From the NCBI GenBank assembly GCA_963691875.1, contig OY829846.1, positions 4,096,001 to 4,160,000 of the forward strand: 64,000 nt of DNA, read 5' to 3'. Made by a program: the position numbers and the translations under genes. Shown here piece after piece: positions 1 to 9,015 of this stretch. Below the pieces are notes generated by a model. The model saw nothing but the letters and a program-made list of their open reading frames with translations. It did no database searches and was not told the DNA's origin. The DNA comes from Aureliella sp. (GTDB taxonomy: Bacteria; Planctomycetota; Planctomycetia; Pirellulales; Pirellulaceae). Within the stretch, counting starts at the first letter, position 1. Each line of letters opens with the position of its first letter.

Positions 1-2
1 TA

Positions 3-644
3 GTGTCGACGCGGCTTATCTCAGCTGATTTGCGAAATCGCGGCTACTTGTTGTACTTTTCTAGACCACTTACTCCGTCTAGCTATGTCTTGGGTAAAGC
101 TTTTGTAGTGTGGGCATTCATGGCGATGATTATCACACTACCAGCATTGATTCTGTTTACAGTGGGGCTCGCCTTGTCACCAGATTGGAAGGTGATTTTC
201 GACACCTGGGATCTACCGCTGAGAATCGTTCTGGCATCGGCAGTGCTGATGATTCCGGTTTCCTCCGTGGCTCTCGCTTGCTCTGCTCTGACGAGCGAAA
301 CTCGTTATGCAGTGTTTAGCTGGTTCTCCTTCTGGGTTGTTGGTTGGGTCTCTTACTGGGTTATGTACGTCGCTGAAATGCAGCGGCAGTTCGGAGGTGG
401 CGGTCGTCGCAGAAGAATACGAGGTGGACGTGGGATGAGTGAGGATGATATTTCCGATGCTCTGTTCTATACAGAGTGGGAGATTATTTCACCGTTCCAC
501 GTTCTGGGTCGTGTTCAGCAGTATGTATTCGGGCTCTACCCGGAAGATCGGCCAATCTGGCATTTCATGACCGTACTGTTTCTGGCGACGCTTGTCAGTT
601 TCTGGTTTGTTCGTCGCCAAGTCGTGTCGAGGTTGCGTGCCTAA
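3..644 (+). CDS. ABC-2 type transporter permease, 5'-truncated by the window edge
   Basis: Multiple hydrophobic segments; 'LLYFSRPL..SYVLGK' is typical of ABC-2 permeases; stop overlaps the next ATG (TAATG). Confidence 0.8.
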   Translation: MSTRLISADLRNRGYLLYFSRPLTPSSYVLGKAFVVWAFMAMIITLPALILFTVGLALSPDWKVIFDTWDLPLRIVLASAVLMIPVSSVALACSALTSETRYAVFSWFSFWVVGWVSYWVMYVAEMQRQFGGGGRRRRIRGGRGMSEDDISDALFYTEWEIISPFHVLGRVQQYVFGLYPEDRPIWHFMTVLFLATLVSFWFVRRQVVSRLRA

Positions 645-1603
645 TGGATTCCGAAAATATAATCTTGAAATTGAGCCAAGTTTCGCGCTTCTACGGCACT
701 GTAATTGGCGTCGGCGATATCAATCTTCACTTACCGCCCGGAGCCTACGGGCTGGTCGGACCTAATGGTTCCGGCAAGACAACGTTCATCAACTTGATTA
801 CCGGTGTGCTGGCTTCCTCTCTTGGAAGCGTTTCTGTCTTTGGTAAGAATCCGTTTCGTGATCGTGATGTACTTAAGAGGATCGGTCTCTGTCCAGCAAG
901 TGATATTCTCTATCCCAAAGTCACGGCGCTCCAGTGGGTCGAGTATCTAACTGGCTTGCATGGATTTTCCGCAGCAGAAGCACGCGAAAGAGCGATTCAA
1001 AGTCTTATTCGGGTCGGAATGGAAGCCAATATGCGTAGGCCGATCGGGAGTTATTCGCTCGGTATGCGTCAACGGACAAAGTTAGCTCAAGCCACAGCTC
1101 ACGATCCAGATCTGTTGATTTTGGATGAGCCTTTTAACGGCTTGGATCCAATAGGGCGTCACGAGCTCACCGCTTTTTTGAAAGAGTGGGTCGAGAAAGG
1201 CAGAAGCCTCATCCTGGCTAGCCATATTTTGCATGAAGTTGAAGCTATTACGACGTCATTCTTACTCATCCACGGAGGCCGTCTATTGGCCAGTGGTGAT
1301 GCATCCGAAGTGCGTTCGATGCTTTACGGATTTCCGGTTGAGATAGTGCTCGGTGGAACGGGACTTCGTCAACTTGCCCAATCGCTTGCGGAAGAGATGT
1401 GGGTCCGAGGTATAGATATCTCGGGCTCAGGTGACGAATTGCGAGTGCAGGTGAGCGATAAGACAGCGTTCCAAACTCGAATCATTGAGTTAGCCAATCA
1501 TCCAGAAATTCATATCGATGCAGTGGAATCAGAGGAGGGTGGATTGGAAGCCGCATTCGATTTACTGCTTAGGGTGCATCGAGGTGACTTGGCGGTCCAA
1601 TAA
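644..1603 (+). CDS. ABC transporter ATP-binding protein
   Basis: Walker A GPNGSGKT, signature YSLGMRQR, Walker B LLILDEP, H-loop SHILHE; ATG at 644 is coupled to the upstream stop. Confidence 0.95.
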   Translation: MDSENIILKLSQVSRFYGTVIGVGDINLHLPPGAYGLVGPNGSGKTTFINLITGVLASSLGSVSVFGKNPFRDRDVLKRIGLCPASDILYPKVTALQWVEYLTGLHGFSAAEARERAIQSLIRVGMEANMRRPIGSYSLGMRQRTKLAQATAHDPDLLILDEPFNGLDPIGRHELTAFLKEWVEKGRSLILASHILHEVEAITTSFLLIHGGRLLASGDASEVRSMLYGFPVEIVLGGTGLRQLAQSLAEEMWVRGIDISGSGDELRVQVSDKTAFQTRIIELANHPEIHIDAVESEEGGLEAAFDLLLRVHRGDLAVQ

Positions 1604-1660
1604 TACACGTCTCCAGTTTTTCGGTAATAACGAGCCCTTTCTGCTGACCAGATGTGACAG

Positions 1661-2494
1661 ATGATACAAGCTATTTCTCACGTGTTGCGATTCGAGTTCC
1701 AGAGAACCCTTAACCCAGCGCGGGTGATGATTTGGCTAGCGCTATGCCTTTTCCCAGTTTTGATGGTTGGTGCTCTCAGACTCCGATCCGATTCCATTGC
1801 AGTGACCAGCACTATCCAGGACGAGTTTGGGAATGAGACGATTGAAACGCGTGGTGGGATCCCTGACCGAGGAATGGTGATCACCAGCTACGTCATGGTG
1901 CCACAGATTGCATGCATGCTGGGGCTGCTGGTCTGGGTTACTCCTGCGGTCGGGGCCGAACTCGAGGCGCAAACCTGGATCCACCTTGTAATGCGACCGC
2001 ATGGACGTGTAGCTGTAGCCATTGGAAAGTACCTAGTAGCCTTCCTTTGGACTGCGTCCTTTGCCGTAGGCAGTTCGATATTTATTGGGATATTGAGCGG
2101 GGTGGAGGACCCATTTGAATTGACATTTGCCCTCGCTGTGATCTCAGTGTTAGCTGCAATGAGCTATGCAGCACTATATTTGCTGATTGGGGCTGTGTTC
2201 TACAAAAGGGCTTCTATTGTCGCGGTGATCTACTCACTTGCCCTGGAAGGACTCGTTTCATTCATTCCGGCGACAATCAACCAGGCGTCGGTTAGCTTCC
2301 GACTCCGAACGCTTATGTCGAACTGGACATCATTCAGAGAAGGCTGGGAAGATAACGAATACACGGCACTGATCTTTGGAACAGAGGCACCGTGGTTGAC
2401 CATCATGATTTTGATTGGCTACAGTGCGACGCTCCTTGCAACGGCTTGCTTCGTCATTCGCACACGCGAGTACCCGGTGCAAGTCGAAGCGTAA
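1661..2494 (+). CDS. ABC-2 type transporter permease
   Basis: About six hydrophobic segments, 'AIGKYL' motif, follows the ABC ATPase. Confidence 0.8.
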   Translation: MIQAISHVLRFEFQRTLNPARVMIWLALCLFPVLMVGALRLRSDSIAVTSTIQDEFGNETIETRGGIPDRGMVITSYVMVPQIACMLGLLVWVTPAVGAELEAQTWIHLVMRPHGRVAVAIGKYLVAFLWTASFAVGSSIFIGILSGVEDPFELTFALAVISVLAAMSYAALYLLIGAVFYKRASIVAVIYSLALEGLVSFIPATINQASVSFRLRTLMSNWTSFREGWEDNEYTALIFGTEAPWLTIMILIGYSATLLATACFVIRTREYPVQVEA

Positions 2495-2607
2495 GCGGAA
2501 CCAAAGCAGGTCCACTGTCAGGTGCTGGCAGAAGATGGCCAAACGGTCAACAAACGTGTGCTGGATATTAGGACTCATTCGATAGTTTGCACTTCATACT
2601 TGTATTC

Positions 2608-3597
2608 TCAAGCTGCGCGATGCACGGTCAATTCTGGTGCGGCATCTTCAGTTGGTCCAGATCGGTGGACTTCACGAATAGCAAACGGACGACGTTCATT
2701 GCGGCGATAGTAGAGTCGCGTGTTGGCTTCGCCCAGCAATCCCGTGCTGAACATCTGCACGCTGACGATACTCATCAGCGTTCCAAGAATCAGCAATGGA
2801 TTACCCGTCATATCAAAGTTGTAAGCCAACTTCATCCCAACCGTCGCAAACAGCATCGTGGCACCAACTGCCAGGAATCCAAACGCGAGACGACCGAAGA
2901 GTTTCATCGGGCTGCTGTAGTAGTCCAGCATGTATTTGACGGTTAGCAAGTCGAGCACAACTCGTAAAGTCCGCGACAAGCCGTACTTGGTTTGTCCAAA
3001 CCGACGCGGATGATGTGTCGTTACCATCTCGAAGCATTGCGCTCCCCGCCAGTGCGCTAGAATTGGAATGAAGCGGTGCATCTCTCCGTAAAGTTCAAGC
3101 TCCTCCGCGATTTCACGACGCATAGCTTTAAGCGTGCAACCCAGGTCGTGGATAGGAAATCGTGTGACCTTCGAAATGAGCCAGTTAGCGATTTTGCTCG
3201 GGATTTTCCGAGTGACCAAAGTATCTTTGCGGTTCTTTCGCCAGCCGTGAACTAAGTCGTAGCCTTCGTCGAGCTTCGCGAGCATGCGAGGAATGTCCCT
3301 TGGCTCGTTCTGCAGATCGCCGTCCAGGGTGACAAGGTATTCTCCGCGAGCTTGCTCGAGACCGGCTTGCATAGCGGCGGTTTGACCGTAGTTTTTTCGA
3401 AAATGAACGACGACAATTCGCGTGTCTTTCGAGGCAAGTTCGTTCATCAACTCCTTCGAACCATCTTTGGAGCCATCATTGATCAGGAGTAACTCCGATT
3501 CGCCTTCGAGCTGGTCCATTACCCGTCCGACTTGCTCGACAAGCAAAGGCAGGTTTTCAACTTCGTTGTAAATCGGAACAATGATGCTGGTTCGCAT
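2608..3597 (-). CDS. Glycosyltransferase family 2 (polyprenol-phosphate glycosyltransferase, ArnC/DPM1-like)
   Basis: [24 protein letters not shown] (DxD), two C-terminal TM helices; start set at MRTSII (3597). Confidence 0.92.
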   Translation of the reverse strand: MRTSIIVPIYNEVENLPLLVEQVGRVMDQLEGESELLLINDGSKDGSKELMNELASKDTRIVVVHFRKNYGQTAAMQAGLEQARGEYLVTLDGDLQNEPRDIPRMLAKLDEGYDLVHGWRKNRKDTLVTRKIPSKIANWLISKVTRFPIHDLGCTLKAMRREIAEELELYGEMHRFIPILAHWRGAQCFEMVTTHHPRRFGQTKYGLSRTLRVVLDLLTVKYMLDYYSSPMKLFGRLAFGFLAVGATMLFATVGMKLAYNFDMTGNPLLILGTLMSIVSVQMFSTGLLGEANTRLYYRRNERRPFAIREVHRSGPTEDAAPELTVHRAA

Positions 3598-3845
3598 GAT
3601 GTGATCAATCTGACTCTCCGTTAGCAGAGTCGTGAGTAACGCGAGCGGAGAGGGCGTTTTCCCCGACGCGTGGTTACGATCGGCGGTTTCAAATTCAAAT
3701 GCTTTATTACAAGCACAAGGCGCAAACAAATGGGTCTTTACGCGCTCGACTGATGGACTTGCAGAGGTTACAAAACTCCGTTAAGCGGCTGCAATGTAGA
3801 ATGTGATTGCTAGCTAAGTAATTCTGTCCGAAATGTTTCTTTTCC

Positions 3846-4871
3846 ATGTCTGATCCATCCTCTCGATACTCACGCCAAGAACGCTTTGGGCCCATCGGCG
3901 AGGACGGGCAGAAGAGGATCAGCCAGAGTCGGGCAGTCGTCATCGGCTGTGGTGCACTCGGATCGATGATTGCCGAACGCTTAGCCCGGGCTGGAGTTGG
4001 TTTCGTGCGTCTCGTCGATCGGGATTGGGTTGAGCTTTCCAATCTTCAACGTCAGACGCTGTTTGACGAAGAGGATGCAGCAGAGGCGAGGCCGAAAGCT
4101 GTGGCAGCCCAGCAAAAGCTTGCCAGAATCAATTCGGCAGTTGAAATAGAAGCTCGTGTCGAGGACGTGGACTACCGCAGCATCGTTGAGCTCGCCGGTG
4201 ACTGCGATCTCATTCTTGACGGCACGGACAACTTCGAAACGCGGTTTCTCGTCAACGACTTCTGTGTACGAGAAAAGAAACCTTGGATACACGCTGGATG
4301 TCTTGGCGCTAGCGGTCAGATTCTCAGTATCGTTCCTGGAAAGAGTGCCTGCTTCCGCTGTTTGGTTCCAGACTTGCCGCCCCGCGATGGCATTGAGACT
4401 TGCGATAGTGCGGGAGTGCTCGGATCCGCGATAGGTATCATCGCCAGCTGGCAGGCAGGGGAGGCGCTCAAAGTGCTATCCGGCAATGAGCAGAGCTTGT
4501 GTCCAGGTTTGATCGTACTCGATACTTGGAATAACGATTGCCGCATTGTCGATCTGCGGCGAAGCGAAAACTGTCCGTGTTGTGTTCGCGGCGATTATCC
4601 GTTTCTCGATGGCGAGATCCGCACCACAGTCTCGATCCTTTGCGGCAAGAACGCGGTGCAGCTCGAGAGTCCCCAGGCCGCCGGAGAGAGTCTTGATTCT
4701 ATCGCTCGCAAAGTCGCAGAACAGGGTGAGGTGAAGCAGAACGCCTACTTCGTCAAACTTGCGTTGCCGGAACACCAGCTCACCATTTTTCGCGGAGGGC
4801 GTACGATCGTCGAAGGCACTACTTGCGAAAAAAAAGCCCGAAACATCGTCGCGAGGTTGCTTGGTAGTTGA
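3846..4871 (+). CDS. ThiF/MoeB family adenylyltransferase
   Basis: RYSRQ, GCGALG, DRDWVELSNLQRQ, DGTDNF, Zn ligands CFRC and CPCC. Confidence 0.93.
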   Translation: MSDPSSRYSRQERFGPIGEDGQKRISQSRAVVIGCGALGSMIAERLARAGVGFVRLVDRDWVELSNLQRQTLFDEEDAAEARPKAVAAQQKLARINSAVEIEARVEDVDYRSIVELAGDCDLILDGTDNFETRFLVNDFCVREKKPWIHAGCLGASGQILSIVPGKSACFRCLVPDLPPRDGIETCDSAGVLGSAIGIIASWQAGEALKVLSGNEQSLCPGLIVLDTWNNDCRIVDLRRSENCPCCVRGDYPFLDGEIRTTVSILCGKNAVQLESPQAAGESLDSIARKVAEQGEVKQNAYFVKLALPEHQLTIFRGGRTIVEGTTCEKKARNIVARLLGS

Positions 4872-4903
4872 GCTTGGTCTGAAGCCGGATTTAGGACGAA
4901 GCC

Positions 4904-4925
4904 TAGCCGAAGTCGTCAAGACTTT
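4904..4925 (+). repeat. REP-like repeat, family A copy (TAGCCGAAGTCGTCAAGACTTT)
   Basis: Near-identical to the copies at 14005, 27438, 51931, 55536/55586 and 56033. Confidence 0.8.
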
Positions 4926-5068
4926 GCGCCCAGCAACGTCCGGCGTGGCATAAGAGTCTGCTCTTGCTCCGGAACCGTGACAGCGCTCCGCTCGTTCGCT
5001 GCCTACGAGGGGAGCATTGCTCCGGACTCGCTGCCATGTCCAATACGAGCGGTACGTCTGCATGCAAT

Positions 5069-5344
5069 CTAAACCGCGTGCTTCTCAAGCTCTGCTTCCG
5101 CTTCGGCATCGCCGGACAGTAGGTCGTCCAGATCGATGGTCACCGTTGCAGCGCGACGCAAAGGCACGACTCGGGGCTTCGGTTCTTCTTCCTCTTTACG
5201 AGCAAGTTCGCCACGGAAAATCTTCACGTCGGCGGGCGCCTCAATTCCAACGGTGACTCGATTGCCCGAGATCTTCGAGACAACCAAAGTTACGTTGTCA
5301 CCGATAACCAGCTTCTCGCCTTCTCTTCTACTTAGCACTAACAT
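5069..5344 (-). CDS. csrA: Carbon storage regulator CsrA/RsmA family RNA-binding protein
   Basis: MLVLSRREGEKLVIGDNV...VGIEAPADVKIFRGEL matches the CsrA pattern; AAGGAGG SD upstream. Confidence 0.93.
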   Translation of the reverse strand: MLVLSRREGEKLVIGDNVTLVVSKISGNRVTVGIEAPADVKIFRGELARKEEEEPKPRVVPLRRAATVTIDLDDLLSGDAEAEAELEKHAV

Positions 5345-5469
5345 CTTGGACCTCCTTGAGTGTTGCGGCTCTTTCTTCTGCTAAACTATAGCGCTTCAAA
5401 AAGACCCTTCTTGGTAAAAGACTCCATTTGCATTAGAAAAGTTCAATGAGTCCTGGACTCAATCCGATC

Positions 5470-5484
5470 GCAACCAGCGTGCCA
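5470..5484 (-). promoter_or_regulatory. Sigma-54 (-24/-12) promoter for csrA
   Basis: Minus strand reads TGGCACG-CTGG-TTGC, an exact TGGCACG-N4-TTGC match, about 125 bp upstream of and co-oriented with csrA. Confidence 0.75.
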
Positions 5485-6235
5485 GTCACGATTAAAATGC
5501 GAACCGAACAGCTTTTCTTTTCCCTAACGAAAAATGGATGTCTTGAGTTCGAAAACGCCACAGCTTTTCCCAAATCGCTAAGCCAAATAGCTCATGTGTT
5601 GCTAGCAATGGCAGGGTTAGTTGGATCAGTTTGCAGCGAGATGCGTTGGAGCAGTCCGTTTGCGTTTTCGATCCGCGTTGAAAGTAGTGCTGCACCAAGT
5701 CTTGAAGTTTGAAGGCGGAAGGCAAGTTTTCTAGTGGGCATTTGAGCCAACCTTGATAACTACTGGGTTCGTCCTTCTGCGGCTTCAGCCAATGAAAACT
5801 AGGTTCAAAACAGCTGACTCTCAACTGCTAGACCATTAGGCGTTATCACTAAGACACCTTTGGTCTCTCGTTTGGAGATGCACCAAGAAAGTCTCAAAAA
5901 TATTGCCAGGCTAGCAATTCGCCCCTCGTTCGCGTCTGATTTCTATTGCTAGCAAAACACTCTGCTGGAGGGCAATAGCGATTACACAAAGAAAGACGAT
6001 AGAAGAAGCGTTGCCTTACAGGCTGTAAAAAGAAAACTTGGAAAGTTTTTCAAAAGAGTTGGAGTTTTGTACATTCGCGTACGACGCATTGAGAATGCCA
6101 GTATTAACGCGATTTGGCCAAAGTAAGCCGATGCCTGCTACTAGGTGTTGATCGAGGAATCGAGATCAGCTGATGTTAGTGAGCCAACAGGACTCACGGA
6201 TTTGGGCGGCGTGCTTGTATTTGTTGAGGGCAGCA

Positions 6236-8974
6236 TTACTGAGCTTGTGATTGAGTGCTGAGCAGTTTGGCATCGTTGAGTTGCCACGTCCAGATTTGGC
6301 CGAGTTGGCCCCCAGCGGAAACTTTGGTTTCGTCGCCAGAGACGGTCACGCCAAAAACTGCATCCTTTGCACCTGAGAAGACCCGAAGTTGCTTTCCGTC
6401 ATCAGCGTTATAGAGGCGGATCGAGCCAGCAGCGTCGGACATGACAAAGTGATGGGTCAAGCCAACGAACTGTACCGCCGTGACTTCCTTGCGAAAACCT
6501 CCGATGGTTCGGATCTGTTCGCCCGATTCGGCTCGCCAGACTTTAATGCTGGCATCCGCGCTGGCCGTAACGAGCACCTGCCCGTCATCTTGCCAGGCAA
6601 GGCCCAGAATGTGGTGAGTATGGCCTTCAAAAGATCTCAGAGCTTCCCCTGAGACGACATTGAGTGTCTTGCATAGTTTGTCCGCCCCAGCGCTCGCCAG
6701 CTGACGACCATCGGGCGAGAATTTCAAGCTCAAGACCGTATCGCTGTGCACTTCACCCAAGTTCTTTACAACTTGACCTGATTCGACGGAAACAAGGTGC
6801 ACATCACCAAAGCGACTGGGTGGGCCGCTGCCAACAGCGAGCATCTTTCCATCGGGACTGAAGTCTAGAGCCGTGATGCGATCGCTGAAGGGCGACTGTT
6901 CTGGATTGCCCAAGTTGTGCTCCAACAGCCAACTCGGTTTTAGCGGCAAGGAAAGCAATTGCCCTGACGTAGTAATGCCCTGCAGCCCAGTGTGATTCAA
7001 GGGCAAGAGATGCATCAAAGTGTCGCTCGTCGCGAGATTCAGCTCGGGTGAACCATTGCTCAGAGAATAAATGCGGAGTTGCTTGTCACCGCCAGCTAAC
7101 ACCGCCTGTGATCCATCGGGCGAAACTTCGGCGGCAAGGATTTCCTTTGGAATCGCCGTGGTCTCGACATTTTGTAAGCTTTGCTCAAGTTGCTTCTGCA
7201 GTTCTTGCTCGCGTGTGATAAGTTGTTCTAGCTCAGGGATTTTGGCTGCAGCCCGATCGGCACTGTCCTTGGCGGCGGCCAGTGCTTGATCCCGTTCGGC
7301 GAGATCGGCTTGGGCGACTTGGCGTTTTCCATCTGCAGCGGTGACGGCTTTCTTTTTGTCTTCGAGTCCCTTGTTGGCGGTTTCCAGCTGTTTTTGTGCT
7401 GCTGCAACAGCAGCCTGAGCGACAGCTACGGCTTTCTCGGCATTCTGAACTTCAACCTTGGCTGCTTTGACGGCTTTGTCCTCGGTATCGAGTTTCGTTT
7501 GTGCCTTGTCACGCGTTTCCTGTACCTTCTTGAGTGCGGCTTGCTCTTTCTCGGATGCTTTCTTTAGATCTGGTAAGCGTTTGTTGAAGCGTTCGACGGT
7601 GGCTTGTTGGCGTTTGACGTTGCGACTGGCAAACCGAAGCTGTTGGTTGCGCTTATAGTCTGAATCCAGAGTCGCGATGGTTTTGCCTGTCGAGCTGTCC
7701 CAAATCTGTGCCGGCTTGCCTTGGCTTGCTACCAAGACTCGGTTGTTTGCTGGCACGAAGGAAAGGGACTGAACCGGGGCTCCCGTCTCGAATTGTTTTT
7801 GGACTGAAAGCTCGTCGCCTGAAACAGCAATGAGCCGAACGGAACCGGAAGACGTTCCCAAAACCAGTTGATTTCCACTCGAGTCTGGGCAATGCATCGC
7901 AGTGAGAGAATTTTGCTGATCCCAGACTTTGAGCTCTGAGAGCTTGCCGTCGGAGACATGGCATCGAAAGAGCTTGCCATCCTGCGTAATTCCAAAGATG
8001 CGGTCAGTTGCGAGTTGAAGGGAGCTTGTTGGAAACGGACTGTCTTGTGCGACTTCTCGAATCTGAAATCTGTCCGGTGTTTTCTCGGCCAGTTTCCAAT
8101 CGCCAGACTGATCCACAGAGAGTAATCTTGTTGGGTTGAGCCACAGGGTTGATGCGACGGGGGTGGTGTGAGCTTTCAGGAATCGCGAAGATTGACCCGT
8201 TGCAAGATTGACGATCTCCAACGAGCCGGTTTTGTCTGCATAGGCAAGGTGTGTTCCATCAGGGGAAACCGGACGGCGCGAGAGCTTCTTTGCTTGTAAT
8301 CCGCTAAGCAGCTTTTGAGGTTCATTACTGCGTCTCCAAATTTTGACGTTGCGGTAGCCACCAGTGGCCATTCGATTGCTGTCCGAGCTAAATGCAATGG
8401 ACTGCACGATGTCCAGATGTGCTGCGGAACCTGCGTTGTCAATTCTGCTGGGCGCGATGCTTGGGTCTGAAGACTGGATCAAAACATCCGTGCCACGACC
8501 AAAGGCCATATGCTGCCCATCTTGAGAAGCGGCCAAAGCATAGATGGGGCGAAGGTTGGCAGGTAATGGTTGGAAATTCAACTTGTTTGAAACGCGCATG
8601 GTTCCCGGCTTGGCACCGGCAAGAATCCACTTCGCAAGCGTCTGTATTTGTGCTGGCGAGAGTAGCTTCGCACCGACATCGTTTTCCTCCGGCGGCATCG
8701 GGTCGTCCGGGTCTTTCACACGATCGAGCAAGTAGCTTGCCGCGAGATCACCTGCGACGATGGAGTCGCCGCTGTCGCCGCCTTTCATCAAGGCTGCGTG
8801 CGATTCTAGGTCGAGCCCGCCTTCGGCCTTCTTGGCGTTATGGCAAGCGATACAGTTCTTAGAAAATACTGGCGCAATGTCCCTACCAAAGTCCACGGAG
8901 TCGTCGGCCTGCACTGCGGCAAAGGGCAGTGATACGAGCAAAGCAACAAAGAGTACTCGGGATGGAAAAACCAT
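6236..8974 (-). CDS. Exported planctomycete cytochrome c domain + WD40 repeat protein with central coiled coil
   Basis: Signal peptide, VDFGRDIAPVF..CIACH..MPP (PSCyt1-like), WD40-like repeats (FSPDG, GHTH..LAW), Ala/Lys/Gln-rich helical insert; start set at MVFPSR. Confidence 0.85.
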   Translation of the reverse strand: MVFPSRVLFVALLVSLPFAAVQADDSVDFGRDIAPVFSKNCIACHNAKKAEGGLDLESHAALMKGGDSGDSIVAGDLAASYLLDRVKDPDDPMPPEENDVGAKLLSPAQIQTLAKWILAGAKPGTMRVSNKLNFQPLPANLRPIYALAASQDGQHMAFGRGTDVLIQSSDPSIAPSRIDNAGSAAHLDIVQSIAFSSDSNRMATGGYRNVKIWRRSNEPQKLLSGLQAKKLSRRPVSPDGTHLAYADKTGSLEIVNLATGQSSRFLKAHTTPVASTLWLNPTRLLSVDQSGDWKLAEKTPDRFQIREVAQDSPFPTSSLQLATDRIFGITQDGKLFRCHVSDGKLSELKVWDQQNSLTAMHCPDSSGNQLVLGTSSGSVRLIAVSGDELSVQKQFETGAPVQSLSFVPANNRVLVASQGKPAQIWDSSTGKTIATLDSDYKRNQQLRFASRNVKRQQATVERFNKRLPDLKKASEKEQAALKKVQETRDKAQTKLDTEDKAVKAAKVEVQNAEKAVAVAQAAVAAAQKQLETANKGLEDKKKAVTAADGKRQVAQADLAERDQALAAAKDSADRAAAKIPELEQLITREQELQKQLEQSLQNVETTAIPKEILAAEVSPDGSQAVLAGGDKQLRIYSLSNGSPELNLATSDTLMHLLPLNHTGLQGITTSGQLLSLPLKPSWLLEHNLGNPEQSPFSDRITALDFSPDGKMLAVGSGPPSRFGDVHLVSVESGQVVKNLGEVHSDTVLSLKFSPDGRQLASAGADKLCKTLNVVSGEALRSFEGHTHHILGLAWQDDGQVLVTASADASIKVWRAESGEQIRTIGGFRKEVTAVQFVGLTHHFVMSDAAGSIRLYNADDGKQLRVFSGAKDAVFGVTVSGDETKVSAGGQLGQIWTWQLNDAKLLSTQSQAQ

Positions 8975-9015
8975 GACAAAGTCCAAAGCGAGGAGAGTAT
9001 TTTCGATGTAGAAGT

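Noticed and set aside
476..643. Long N-terminal extensions in the ORF track (also 3598-3729, 8975-9079, 28118-28246, 31477-31740, 58748-58915, 59051-59206)
   Set aside because: They overlap neighbouring genes or regulatory DNA, and family homology begins at the downstream ATG.
5446..5824. Short ORFs 5446-5712 (+) and 5492-5824 (-), or a CsrB/RsmZ-like sRNA next to csrA
   Set aside because: The ORFs have no recognisable motifs and overlap the promoter region. GGA motifs are scattered and not in evident repeated hairpin loops.
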